Assembly (NCBI GenBank): GCA_964371095.1
Contig: CAYJMJ010000009.1
Coordinates: 3,156 to 67,155 of the forward strand
Length of the DNA: 64,000 nucleotides
Origin: an uncultured Dehalococcoidia bacterium
GTDB lineage: Bacteria; Chloroflexota; Dehalococcoidia; DSTF01; JACRBR01
Direction of reading: 5' to 3'
In this document: positions 38,745 to 47,570 of the stretch, in pieces
How positions within the stretch are numbered: the stretch's first letter is position 1
Layout: the number at the start of each line of letters is the position of its first letter
Program-made: the position numbers and the translations under genes
Notes under the pieces: generated by a model
Databases searched by the model: none
The model's input: the letters and a program-made list of their open reading frames with translations, nothing else
Told to the model about the DNA's origin: nothing

Positions 38745-39395
38745 ATGGCGGGAGCGGACGAGATCCAGTGGGCCCGGCGCGTCAAGCCGGAGAAGATCCG
38801 GCGGCTCTACACACTCGACGCGAAGGGTATCGTCGACGAAGAGCTGATCGACGACGTCGGCTACGCGATGTACGCGCGGTGCCACGGCATCCGCATCGCG
38901 ACGCGGGCGCACGCCGGCAAGGCGATGTGCCCTCGCTGCCGCAACGACGTGTCGCGCGCGAGCAGCGACTGGCGTACATGGCAGAAGGACGAGCCGCTCG
39001 TCTGCGAATGCGGGTGGTCGACGACGTGGGGTGAGTACCACAAGAGCTACCAGGGCAAGCAGCTCTACGGCGGCCAGGCCTACCCGATGTTTCGCGGCTT
39101 CATCGACCAGTGGCCGGCGGCACGCACGCCGCGCGCGAAGATGCTCGCCATCGACGCGCTGATCCACGCCTGCCACGGCCAGTTCAAGGGAATGATGGGG
39201 CGTCCCGCCGCGTGCAACCTGATCGAGGGAACGGCCCGCGACCTGATCCGCTTCCTCGACGAGCTGGCGTACGGCAACGGCAGCACCGACGGCATCGCCG
39301 AGACCCGCGCCCGCTGGGCGAGCGGCGTCGAGGCGTCGCCCTGGCTGCGATGGATGCGCGACACTCCCCGGCGAGGTGAGCGCGGCGGCGCGTAA
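38745..39395 (+). CDS. Hypothetical Cys-rich protein (216 aa) with zinc-ribbon-like CPRC...CECGW motif
   Basis: Balanced, Trp/Tyr/Lys-containing composition, with GGAGG RBS 9 nt upstream. The overlapping minus-strand ORF 38604-39491 is Arg/Ala/Pro-biased and was rejected. Confidence 0.55.
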   Translation: MAGADEIQWARRVKPEKIRRLYTLDAKGIVDEELIDDVGYAMYARCHGIRIATRAHAGKAMCPRCRNDVSRASSDWRTWQKDEPLVCECGWSTTWGEYHKSYQGKQLYGGQAYPMFRGFIDQWPAARTPRAKMLAIDALIHACHGQFKGMMGRPAACNLIEGTARDLIRFLDELAYGNGSTDGIAETRARWASGVEASPWLRWMRDTPRRGERGGA

Positions 39396-39399
39396 GCGC

Positions 39400-39417
39400 T
39401 GGCGGAGAGGGTGCGAT
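39400..39417 (-). repeat. 17/18-nt direct repeat of the tRNA-Ser 3' end (TGGCGGAGAGGGTGcGAT). Candidate attachment-site scar
   Basis: Identical 14-mer TGGCGGAGAGGGTG to 40300-40313, the 3' end of tRNA-Ser(GGA), same orientation, about 880 bp downstream of that tRNA. Chance occurrence in 64 kb is about 5e-4. Confidence 0.6.
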
Positions 39418-39533
39418 CCTGGCGCCGGTAGCCGAGGTAACGCATCGTCCGATTCGTCCCGCCGCTCACGCGGATCTGTCAATAACGTCATTGGGAACTA
39501 CATCTGGCAGGGTGTCGAAGGAGTCCGTTCGAT

Positions 39534-39558
39534 CCGTGGCGCGGGCTTTCGGCCCGCG
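39534..39558 (-). repeat. 25-nt GNRA-hairpin element copy 3 (reverse orientation). Minus strand reads CGCGGGCCGAAAGCCCGCGCCACGG
   Basis: Same stem, GAAA-type loop and GCCACGG flank as the copies at 9819 and 29879. Sits downstream of the 39627-40184 gene. Confidence 0.7.
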
Positions 39559-39626
39559 TCGTGTCGATTCAGGGCGCGACTGTCCAGCCGGTGATATCGT
39601 CGGTCGTCGAGTTTCTCAACACCCTG

Positions 39627-40184
39627 CTAAGGGACACGAGCCGCGGCCGTCTCAGCCAGCGCCTTGAGATTGTCCTGGTCGAAGTTCCCGCCGGCGATGA
39701 TGTATATGAGGACGTCCCTCGTCAGGACCACGACCGTGTTGTTCGTGGAACAGGAATTGCCGCCCAGACCGGGAACTGGCTCCGTGCCGCTGCCACAGAG
39801 GTTCTTGGAGTTCTCGAAGTCTTTGCTCGTGCCCTTCCGGACGGTGAGGTCGAAGAACTTGGTCTTCTCGACGGTGTCGTAGTGACAGACCGCGCCCTTT
39901 GCCGCCGGTTCTTGGGCGGCAAGGCCAAACGCTGCCTCCGCCTCGCTCCGCGTGACGAACGCGCACGGATCGAGGCTCGCGGCGCCGTTCAATGCTGATG
40001 ATGTGGGCACCGAGGTCGCCGCGCTCGCCGTGCGGCTGGCCGGTATCACCGTGGCCGCCACGCTACGGGTCGGGGTTGCCTCCGGGCCGTTCGACTCGCC
40101 ATCGCCCTGTTTGACGACGACAGCCACGATCACTGCGGCGAGCAGGACGCCGACAATCCCGACGACCATGGCGTATTTCGTCAT
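39627..40184 (-). CDS. Membrane-anchored hypothetical protein (185 aa; N-terminal TM, Ser/Ala/Thr linker, Cys-containing C-domain)
   Basis: MTKYAMVVGIVGVLLAAVIVAVVV TM anchor, then a low-complexity linker and a globular domain with four Cys. Lies between the tRNA-Ser gene and its 3'-end repeat. Confidence 0.6.
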   Translation of the reverse strand: MTKYAMVVGIVGVLLAAVIVAVVVKQGDGESNGPEATPTRSVAATVIPASRTASAATSVPTSSALNGAASLDPCAFVTRSEAEAAFGLAAQEPAAKGAVCHYDTVEKTKFFDLTVRKGTSKDFENSKNLCGSGTEPVPGLGGNSCSTNNTVVVLTRDVLIYIIAGGNFDQDNLKALAETAAARVP

Positions 40185-40299
40185 ATTCGAACTCCTTCGA
40201 ATCCATGGTCACCGTAACGCCGGACCATTTCCGGTCAGCAGCGTAGGCGTGAACGATGCTCTCTTCCGGGAGGACAGCGCCGCGGCGGCGGTTAGACGG

Positions 40300-40389
<90 letters not shown>

Positions 40390-40463
40390 CCGCACGGCTC
40401 GGGGCGTGAGCCCCATGAAAAGAACCTGGAGCGCCGGGCGTTCCAGGTTCGGCGTCGGCATGG

Positions 40464-40550
40464 TGGCGGAGAGGGCGGGATTCGAACCCGCGAGGCTCAT
40501 CACCTACCGCTTTTCGAGAGCGGCACCATCAACCACTCGGACACCTCTCC
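40464..40550 (-). tRNA. tRNA-Ser (anticodon CGA), 87 nt with long variable arm and encoded CCA
   Basis: Acceptor GGAGAGG/CCTCTCC, anticodon stem CCGCT/AGCGG with loop CTCGAAA, T-arm GCGGG-TTCGAAT-CCCGC. Confidence 0.9.
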
Positions 40551-40580
40551 GAGGGGAGTATATCATCGCTCCGGCCACGA

Positions 40581-41186
40581 TCAGCGGCCGCGCGTCAGGT
40601 CCTGAAATCGGCGCTCCTGCGTCTGTTGCGCCTCGCGCGAGGCGCTCCTGCCGGCCCGGACGGCGTGCCGGATGCGCTGCCGCAGCCTGTCGGCGAACCC
40701 CTGCGGCTCGGCCGCCGGCTCGATGCCCGGCTGCAGGTACTCCGGCGGCACCTCCTCGGCCTCTTCGGCGCCGGGCGTCGCGAACAGCCAGATCGCGATC
40801 GCCACGGCGGCGGCGATAATCGCGAACGCGACGAGCACCACGAGCAGCGACCCTCCCCGGCGGCCGCCCGCGGCGGGCGCCCTGGCGAGACGCTTCTCCG
40901 CCCGCTTCGACGCCTTTTCGGCCGCCTTCGCCGCCTCGATCTCGGCCTTCTCGCGCTTCTGCTTGTCGCGCTTCTCCTTGTTCGTCACGGGTTCCAGCTC
41001 GAACTCGAGTTTGCCGAAGGGCGTCTGGAACTCGACCTCGTACTCGGGCTCCTCGACCTCGTCCTTCTTGCGTTTCTTGCCGCGTCCGTGCGATGCCGGC
41101 GCCTCCGCGACGGCGACGGGCGCCTCCGGGCGCTCGGCAACAGCGGTGACGGCGCCGCTCTCGATGGTGGCTTCGTCTTCTGCCAT
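40581..41186 (-). CDS. Hypothetical single-pass membrane protein with Lys/Glu-rich N-terminal region (201 aa)
   Basis: Charged KKRKKDEVEE.../EKAEIEAAKAAEKASKRAEK region, then TM LLVVLVAFAIIAAAVAIAIWLF. No recognised domain. Confidence 0.5.
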   Translation of the reverse strand: MAEDEATIESGAVTAVAERPEAPVAVAEAPASHGRGKKRKKDEVEEPEYEVEFQTPFGKLEFELEPVTNKEKRDKQKREKAEIEAAKAAEKASKRAEKRLARAPAAGGRRGGSLLVVLVAFAIIAAAVAIAIWLFATPGAEEAEEVPPEYLQPGIEPAAEPQGFADRLRQRIRHAVRAGRSASREAQQTQERRFQDLTRGR

Positions 41187-41228
41187 GGGGGGCCTCCGTG
41201 CGTAATCGAGCGATGATGCAGGACGTCG

Positions 41229-41624
41229 CTAGTCGCGCGACTTGTCGGTGCTGGCGCCCGTCAGCCCGGCGATGACGCCCGCGGCACGGCGCACGCCCGC
41301 GACGACGCCGTACGCCTTGATGATCGGCGTCACGGCGGCCTCGGACACGTACGCCGTCGTGCCCTTGACGTTGTCGGCCGTCTGGCGCGCGGTACCCAGC
41401 AGCGGCTTCACGCTGTCATCGAGCAACGCCGACGTCTTCTTGAGCAGCGAGCGGGCGAGCAGGCCGAGCACGATCGTCAGGATCAGGGCGACGAAGAAGA
41501 ATGCCGCGACCGCGATCCCCATGAAGATGATCACCCAATCGCGGAACGTGGCGACGAACAGCAGGGAAAGCTCTGGCAGGGCGTTCACGGCGAATCCTCG
41601 TTTGGCTGCGTGCCGGAGCATCAT
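41229..41624 (-). CDS. Small membrane protein (DUF948-like: TM helix plus coiled region)
   Basis: TM IAVAAFFFVALILTIVLGLLA followed by ...SALLDDSVKPLLGTARQTADNVKG... Assignment to DUF948 is tentative. Confidence 0.5.
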   Translation of the reverse strand: MMLRHAAKRGFAVNALPELSLLFVATFRDWVIIFMGIAVAAFFFVALILTIVLGLLARSLLKKTSALLDDSVKPLLGTARQTADNVKGTTAYVSEAAVTPIIKAYGVVAGVRRAAGVIAGLTGASTDKSRD

Positions 41625-41731
41625 ATCACGGGCGCAACGCCCGCAATACTACTTCAGTTGACGCCGTTTCGGCTCGTGCGGAGCGCCCCAATGGAGCCCT
41701 GTGGCTTCCCCTGGGCTCCCGCCCGTGTCCG

Positions 41732-42226
41732 TCAGAACGGCAGCCCCTTGAGCCCCTGTATTCCCTTCAGCGCCGCGATGTCGCCGGCGTGACCGACCGT
41801 GTGCATGCCGGCCAGTTGGACCAGGAATGCGACCGTCTGTGTGCCGATGAACTTCGTATCGATCTCCCGGTCCAGGTCGGCGTCGCTGAGCGTGGCAACG
41901 TAGTCCAGTGCCGACTTCTGGACTTGCTGGCCGTATGCGGTGATGGCGTCCAGCGGGATCTGGCCGTCGAACTTCCAGATCTCGAGCGAGTTCCGCGGCA
42001 GGCCTGTCGCGGCCGCGACGGGCTGCCAGAGCGGCGCCTTCCCCTGCGCCAGGAAGTTCAGGAAGAAGTCGGTGGCCGTGAGCGCGTGGACGTGGTTCTT
42101 GCCGACGGGATTGCAGGTGCCGTCGGGCTTCCAGTTGTACTGCGCGTCGTCCATGCCCTGGGCCGTGCCGTTCATCAAGTTGAACGCCTGCTCGAGTTGC
42201 AGTTTGGCGTAGGCGGTGGCTTGCAT
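41732..42226 (-). CDS. DinB/YfiT-family metal-dependent hydrolase-like protein (DinB_2)
   Basis: ...HALTATDFFLNFL...LVQLAGMHTVGHAGDIAALKG..., the four-helix-bundle His triad pattern typical of DinB_2. Confidence 0.7.
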   Translation of the reverse strand: MQATAYAKLQLEQAFNLMNGTAQGMDDAQYNWKPDGTCNPVGKNHVHALTATDFFLNFLAQGKAPLWQPVAAATGLPRNSLEIWKFDGQIPLDAITAYGQQVQKSALDYVATLSDADLDREIDTKFIGTQTVAFLVQLAGMHTVGHAGDIAALKGIQGLKGLPF

Positions 42227-42386
42227 CTCTATACCTCCTTGTAGTCACTACGTTGGAACAAGAGTGTCACGGCCGCGCGAATAGGGCAAGGGGAGAGCGG
42301 GCGCTGCGACGTTTGCCGCTGGCCGCTGGCCGGTGTCCGTCTGTTGTCTGTTGTCTGTCGCCGGTTGTCCCGCCGTCCGCCGGCCG

Positions 42387-43466
42387 TCAGCGTTCGGCCC
42401 GAAGGATTGCGCCGCCGCCGAGGACCTCGTCGCCCGCGTAGAAGACGGCCGCCTGCCCCGGCGTGATCGCCCGCTGCGGCCGGTCGAAGATGACGCGCGC
42501 GCCGCCGCCCTCGAGGGGGGTGACCGTGGCATCGGCCGCTGGCGTGCGATAGCGGATCTTCGCCGCGGCCCGCAGCGGACCGTCCGGCGGTCCCGCGATC
42601 CAGTTCACGCCTTCCGCGATCAGTCCGCCGGCCATCAGGTCGTCCTCGATACCGATGGTGACCACGTTGCTCGCCGCATCGATGCCCGTCACGAAGCGCC
42701 GCTCGCCAAGCGCCGCGCCCAGCCCTTTCCTCTGGCCGATCGTGAAGCCGGCGATCCCGTCGTGCTCCGCGACGACGTTGCCGGCACCGTCGCGCGTGAC
42801 GCCGGCGACCCGCGGCAGGCGCGCGCGCACGAACGCTTTGTAATCGCCGTCCGGCACGAAGCAGATGTCGGCGCTGTCCGGCTTGTCGGCCACCGGCAGC
42901 CCCATCTCGCGGGCCAGCGTGCGTATCTCCGGCTTGGTGTGCCCTCCGACGGGAAACAGCGTGCGCGCCAGCTCGGCCTGTCCCATCGTGTACAGCACGT
43001 ACGACTGGTCCTTCTGATCATCGACGCCGCGCAGCAGCCGGCAGCGATCGCCGGCACGGTCGATGCGTGCGTAGTGGCCCGTCGCGAGGAAGTCGGCGTC
43101 GAACGCGATCGCGCGGTCGAGCAGCGCCCGGAACTTGACGTGCTCGTTGCACGCCAGGCAGGGATTCGGCGTGCGTCCGCGCCCGTACTCCGCGACGAAG
43201 TAGTCGACGACGCGTTCCTGGAACTCGCGCTCCATGTTGAGCACGTAGTGGGGGATGCCGATGACGTCGGCGGCGTGGCGTGCGTCGTCGACGTCCTCGA
43301 CCGAGCAACAGCGCTTCTTCCCGGCCGGCGCGCCCGCATCCTCGAGCGTCCACAGCCGCATGGTGATGCCGATCACCTCGTAGCCGCCGCGCGCGAGGAG
43401 GCCGGCGGCGACCGCCGAATCGACGCCCCCGCTCATCGCCACCACGACCCGCTGCCGCTCTGTCAT
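42387..43466 (-). CDS. mnmA: tRNA-specific 2-thiouridylase
   Basis: VVVAMSGGVDSAVAAGLL (PP-loop), ...CLACNEHVKF..., catalytic cysteines. Start MTERQR at 43466. Confidence 0.9.
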   Translation of the reverse strand: MTERQRVVVAMSGGVDSAVAAGLLARGGYEVIGITMRLWTLEDAGAPAGKKRCCSVEDVDDARHAADVIGIPHYVLNMEREFQERVVDYFVAEYGRGRTPNPCLACNEHVKFRALLDRAIAFDADFLATGHYARIDRAGDRCRLLRGVDDQKDQSYVLYTMGQAELARTLFPVGGHTKPEIRTLAREMGLPVADKPDSADICFVPDGDYKAFVRARLPRVAGVTRDGAGNVVAEHDGIAGFTIGQRKGLGAALGERRFVTGIDAASNVVTIGIEDDLMAGGLIAEGVNWIAGPPDGPLRAAAKIRYRTPAADATVTPLEGGGARVIFDRPQRAITPGQAAVFYAGDEVLGGGAILRAER

Positions 43467-43679
43467 CGTTCGTTTCCGGCGCCGCGGGTTCATTCGGGCC
43501 GAGCGCCGGCGCCTCAACCAGCCTAGCGTACGTTTCGGCGGGGCGGCCAATGGTATACTCGCCCTGCCACGACGGCGCCCCCGGCGCCGTGCCGGCGCAC
43601 ACGGAGACGCTTACTGGAGTCCGCCGACCTCGCCCAGCGCATCGCTGACCTGCTCTCCGACCGCCAGGCGGAAGACATC

Positions 43680-43955
43680 GTGCTGATGGACATCGGCAAA
43701 GTGTCGTCGTTCACGGATTTCTTCGTCATCGCGACCGCCACCAACCCCCGCCAGATGAACGCGCTCATCGACTCACTCGACCGCGACCTGCGCCCGGACG
43801 CGCGCCCGCTGCGCACCGAGGGCACGCCCGACAGCGGCTGGGTCCTCATCGACTTCGGCGATGCGATCGTGCACCTGTTCGCGCCCGAGGAACGCCGCTA
43901 CTACAACCTCGAAGGCCTGTGGGCGCAGGGCGTGTCCGTCGTGCACATGCAGTAG
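43680..43955 (+). CDS. rsfS: Ribosome silencing factor RsfS (Iojap family); N-terminus probably longer than tracked
   Basis: ...GKVSSFTDFFVIATATNPRQMNALIDSL...GWVLIDFGDAIVHLFAPEERRYYNLEGLW. The in-frame upstream LLESADLAQRIADLLSDRQAEDIV matches the conserved RsfS N-helix but has no ATG/GTG/TTG; CTG at about 43614 with GGAG upstream is a possible start. Confidence 0.8.
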   Translation: MLMDIGKVSSFTDFFVIATATNPRQMNALIDSLDRDLRPDARPLRTEGTPDSGWVLIDFGDAIVHLFAPEERRYYNLEGLWAQGVSVVHMQ

Positions 43956-43974
43956 CCGCGCGACGCGGCCGAAC

Positions 43975-44649
43975 TCACGCCGCGAGATCGAGTTCTGATC
44001 CGGCGATCTCGTCCGGCAGATACTGGCGTAACGTCTGGACCTGGAATCGCAGATCGAGCCACGCGGTCGCCACGCCGTCCCGGGCAAGCGCGCGATACGA
44101 AGAGAAGAGCAACGCCCGATCGAGTCCCGTCAGTGCGATGGACTCGAGTGCGGCCACGGCCTGGTCCTCGGTCCACTCTCCCGCGGCCTGCTTGTTCCAG
44201 ACGACGCCGGCCACGTAGTGCGACTGCAGCCGCACGCGGCCGTCCAGGTGGTCGCGCGTCGTGTTCTCGTTCAAGAGCACGACCGGCTGCTGGGACGCCG
44301 CGAGCACCGCTTCGGCGACGCTCCCCAGAATGAGCCGGTCCCACCCCCGGCGGCCACGCGTCGCCATGACGATCATGTCGACCTCAAGCTGCTCGGCAAG
44401 TCGCACGATCTCCGTCGCGGGGTCGCCGTGACGGACGACGTAGTCCGCTTCGAGATCTTCGCCCCGAAGCCCGACCTTCACGCCGGCCAGGTAATCCTTC
44501 GCCTCCCGAAGCGTCTCAGGGCTGAACGACCTCGGCAGCGCGACGACGTGCGCGAACACCATCGAGGCGGCCTGCGCTTTCGCGATCTCGATGCCATGCG
44601 TCAGCGCGATGCGATCGCGCGGAGATTGGTCCAGTGGTACGAGCAGCTT
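43975..44649 (-). CDS. UspA-domain protein with C-terminal extension
   Basis: MKLLVPLDQSPRD...DMIVMATRGRRGWDRLILGSVAEAVL... Confidence 0.72.
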   Translation of the reverse strand, partial: KLLVPLDQSPRDRIALTHGIEIAKAQAASMVFAHVVALPRSFSPETLREAKDYLAGVKVGLRGEDLEADYVVRHGDPATEIVRLAEQLEVDMIVMATRGRRGWDRLILGSVAEAVLAASQQPVVLLNENTTRDHLDGRVRLQSHYVAGVVWNKQAAGEWTEDQAVAALESIALTGLDRALLFSSYRALARDGVATAWLDLRFQVQTLRQYLPDEIAGSELDLAA

Positions 44650-44782
44650 CATCGTGCAGGCCTCTCGGTGGAGGGCGCGCCGGACCCCGATGCAGTATCG
44701 CATCGTCGGTCGCTCGCGGTCATGCGGCGAAACCCGCATTTCTTCTTCGCTAGCGAGACGGTAGGCGGTTCGACAACGACTG

Positions 44783-45259
44783 TTAACGCTTCCGGGAACG
44801 CCGGCTCAGGTGCTGGATGAGCGCCGTGTAGCGTTCACCGCTGCCGCGAATCTCGACCCGCCGTCCCCGCGCGCCCTGGTAGTCGAGCCGGCACTGAAGG
44901 TACTCGCGCGGCATCTCGCGCATCGCCCGCTCTGGCCATTCGACGACGAGCACGCCGGCCGCGGCCAGCTCCTCGAGCGCCAGCTCGGCCACCTGCTCGG
45001 GGTCTTCCAGGCGGTACAGGTCGGCGTGGTACAGCCGGAGCGCCGCGCCGTCGTACTCGTTCATGATCACGAACGATGAACTCTTGATCGGATCGACGAC
45101 TCCCAGGCCGCGGCCGATGCCCTGCGCGAGCACCGTCTTGCCGGCGCCCAAATCGCCGGACAGCAGCACGACATCGCTCGCGCGCAACAGGCGGCCGATA
45201 CGTTCGCCGAGGCGGCGCGTCTCGCCCGGCGTCGCCGTCTCGAACACGAGGCCGCTCAC
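44783..45259 (-). CDS. tsaE: tRNA threonylcarbamoyladenosine biosynthesis protein TsaE (YjeE ATPase)
   Basis: ...VVLLSGDLGAGKTVLAQGIGRGLG... P-loop. GTG start at 45259 overlapping the thiL stop (GTGA) chosen over the tracked start 45292 by alignment with the E. coli TsaE N-terminus. Confidence 0.8.
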   Translation of the reverse strand: MSGLVFETATPGETRRLGERIGRLLRASDVVLLSGDLGAGKTVLAQGIGRGLGVVDPIKSSSFVIMNEYDGAALRLYHADLYRLEDPEQVAELALEELAAAGVLVVEWPERAMREMPREYLQCRLDYQGARGRRVEIRGSGERYTALIQHLSRRSRKR

Positions 45260-46260
45260 GCGGATCCGCCCGCGCGCTTCAAGTGATCCCACCCGGCCAC
45301 CGCGACATCGATCTCGCGGTCGTTCGCATCGAGCAGCCTCACGCCGCCCGGGCCTGCCCGCACGCGGCCGATGATGGCGAGCGGTGCCCCGAGCGCATCG
45401 CCCGTCGCTGCCAGCACGCCCTCCGGCGCTACGAGGATCAGCTCGTAATCCTCGCCGCCCGTTGCCGCGAGCATCGCCGCGTCATCGGGATACTTCTCGA
45501 CGAGAGCGGTTTCGATCGGTATGCGCGGCATCCACACGTCGGCCGCGACGCCGCTCGCCTCGCACACGTGCCCGAGATCCTGCAGCACCCCGTCGCTGAC
45601 GTCGATGGCGCAGGCGATACCGGCCGCGACAGCCGCGCGCCCCGCATCGACCCGAGGCCGCGGCCGCATGTGGCGCGCGATCAGTGCCGAATCCGACGGC
45701 GAGCGCGCGGCGCTGTCCCGCAGGCATCGCAGACCGCCCGCCGAGCCGCCGAGGGGTCCCGTCACGGCGATCGCGTCACCCGCGGCCGCTGCATCCCGGC
45801 GGAGGATGGCCGGCGCGCCGTCCACCCGGGCGGCCGTCCCGTACAGCGCCACCGTGATCGTGAGCACCGGCGAGGAGACGACGTCGCCGCCGGCGACGTC
45901 AACCCCGTACGCCCGCGCGCACTCGCCGATGCCGGCGTACAGCGCGTCGACGGTCTCGACGTCAGTCCCGGGCGGCAGGCAGAGCGTGACGAGGGCCACC
46001 GCGGGCTCGCCACCCATCGCCGCGACGTCGCTGACGTTCACGGCGAGCGATTTCCATCCCACGTCGCGCCAGTCCACGCGCCCCGGCAGGAAGTGCACGC
46101 CAGCGACGAGCGTGTCCGTCGTCGCGAGCGCGAACGCGTCCCCGGCGCGCCAGACCGCCGCATCGTCGCCGATGCCCAGCGTGACGCGATCGCCGGCCGG
46201 CGGCAGCGCCCGGCGCAGCCGCTCGATCAGTCCGAATTCGCCGATCTCGCCGACGTCCAC
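45256..46260 (-). CDS. thiL: Thiamine-monophosphate kinase
   Basis: MDVGEIGEFGLIERLRRALPPAGDRVTLGIGDDAAVW...ATTDTLVAGVHF..., the AIR-synthase-related ThiL N-terminal motif. Confidence 0.85.
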   Translation of the reverse strand: MDVGEIGEFGLIERLRRALPPAGDRVTLGIGDDAAVWRAGDAFALATTDTLVAGVHFLPGRVDWRDVGWKSLAVNVSDVAAMGGEPAVALVTLCLPPGTDVETVDALYAGIGECARAYGVDVAGGDVVSSPVLTITVALYGTAARVDGAPAILRRDAAAAGDAIAVTGPLGGSAGGLRCLRDSAARSPSDSALIARHMRPRPRVDAGRAAVAAGIACAIDVSDGVLQDLGHVCEASGVAADVWMPRIPIETALVEKYPDDAAMLAATGGEDYELILVAPEGVLAATGDALGAPLAIIGRVRAGPGGVRLLDANDREIDVAVAGWDHLKRAGGSA

Positions 46261-46314
46261 AGGAACAAGGTTACCCGCTCGCCGGCAGCGCCGGGGCCGA
46301 TGTTAGGATGGCGC

Positions 46315-47052
46315 ATGCGCATCGCCATCGTGTCCGACGTCCACAGCAACCTCGATGCACTCGACGCGGTGCTGCGGCGGGCCGAGGCCGGCGGCTCGAT
46401 CGACGCGCTGTGGTGCCCCGGCGACATCGTCGGTTACGGCCCGGAGCCTTCGGCCGTACTGGCCACCCTCCGCGCGCGGCCGTTGACGGCCGTGGCGGGC
46501 AACCACGACCTCGCCGCCTGCGGCCGCATGGGAACGGAGGAGTTCAACCGGGCTGCCGCACACGCGGCGGAATGGACCGGGAAGCAGCTCTCGCCATCCG
46601 AGCGCGCGTTCCTCGGCGGACTGCCGCGGACGGCGGTCGCGCCGCCGTTCACGCTGGTGCACGGCAGCCTCCGCGATCCGGTGTGGGAGTACCTGCTGTC
46701 CGGCGAGCAGGCGCTCGCCCAGTTTGAACTGCAGACCACGCCGTACAGCGTCGTCGGGCACTCGCACCTCCCGTTCTGGGTCGAGGAGGACGAACATGGG
46801 CGAACGCCGCGGTTCCGGGCGGCGGGCGACGGCGCCGAGACCGAGCTGGGCGATCGACGGCTGATCGTCAACCCGGGCAGTTGCGGGCAGCCCCGCGACG
46901 GCGATCCGCGCGCGTCGTTCGTGCTGTACGATGACGTCGCAGGCCGGATCACGTGGCACCGGGTCGAATACGACGTCACAGCGACGCAGGAGAAGATGCG
47001 GCGAGCGGGGCTGGACACGTGGCTGGCCGAGCGTCTGTCCGTCGGCCGGTAG
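46315..47052 (+). CDS. Calcineurin-like metallophosphoesterase (YfcE/Mre11-like)
   Basis: MRIAIVSDVHSNLDAL...GDIVGYGPEP...GNHD...VVGHSHLPF, the MPP motifs I-VI. AGGA RBS 7 nt upstream of ATG 46315. Confidence 0.8.
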   Translation: MRIAIVSDVHSNLDALDAVLRRAEAGGSIDALWCPGDIVGYGPEPSAVLATLRARPLTAVAGNHDLAACGRMGTEEFNRAAAHAAEWTGKQLSPSERAFLGGLPRTAVAPPFTLVHGSLRDPVWEYLLSGEQALAQFELQTTPYSVVGHSHLPFWVEEDEHGRTPRFRAAGDGAETELGDRRLIVNPGSCGQPRDGDPRASFVLYDDVAGRITWHRVEYDVTATQEKMRRAGLDTWLAERLSVGR

Positions 47053-47061
47053 GCCGCCCGA

Positions 47062-47547
47062 ATGCCGAGAACAGCGGCAGACCGCCGAGGAACCATGCGG
47101 GCCGGCCCCCTCAGCATCGACATCGCTGCCGCCGCGGAGCTGCCGCGGGTGCTGGCGATGGACCCTCGCGTGCAGGACACGCCGGGCCGGCGTGGATTCC
47201 TGGAGCGTGCGGTCGATGCGGGCGAATGCTTCGTCGTGCGCGGCGGCGATGGCATCGAAGGCTTCGCGGTGTTCGATCGCTCGTTCTTCGGGCAGCCGCA
47301 CATCGCTCTGCTGTACGTCGAGCCGTCGCGGAGGCGGCGCGGCGGCGCAACGGCGCTCATCCGGCACATCGAGTCGGTGTGCCCCGGCGACAGGCTGTTC
47401 ACGTCGACGAACGAGTCGAACGTGGTCATGCAGAAGGTTTGCGAGGCACTCGGATTCGCCCGCAGCGGCTACGTCGAGAACCTCGACGAGGGCGACCCGG
47501 AGATCGTGTACGTGCGGTGGCTGCCCGGGCGCGGATCGAACGGCTGA
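47062..47547 (+). CDS. GNAT-family acetyltransferase (probable)
   Basis: ...FVVRGGDGIEGFAVF...LLYVEPSRRRRGGATALIRHIE...; weak but consistent GNAT A-motif. Confidence 0.6.
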   Translation: MPRTAADRRGTMRAGPLSIDIAAAAELPRVLAMDPRVQDTPGRRGFLERAVDAGECFVVRGGDGIEGFAVFDRSFFGQPHIALLYVEPSRRRRGGATALIRHIESVCPGDRLFTSTNESNVVMQKVCEALGFARSGYVENLDEGDPEIVYVRWLPGRGSNG

Positions 47548-47570
47548 ACGCTGAAAGCTGAAAACTTCTC

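Noticed and set aside
38604-39491. 295-aa minus-strand ORF overlapping the 38745-39395 gene
   Set aside because: Arg/Ala/Pro/Leu-dominated composition. The plus-strand ORF has balanced composition and an SD, so it was chosen.
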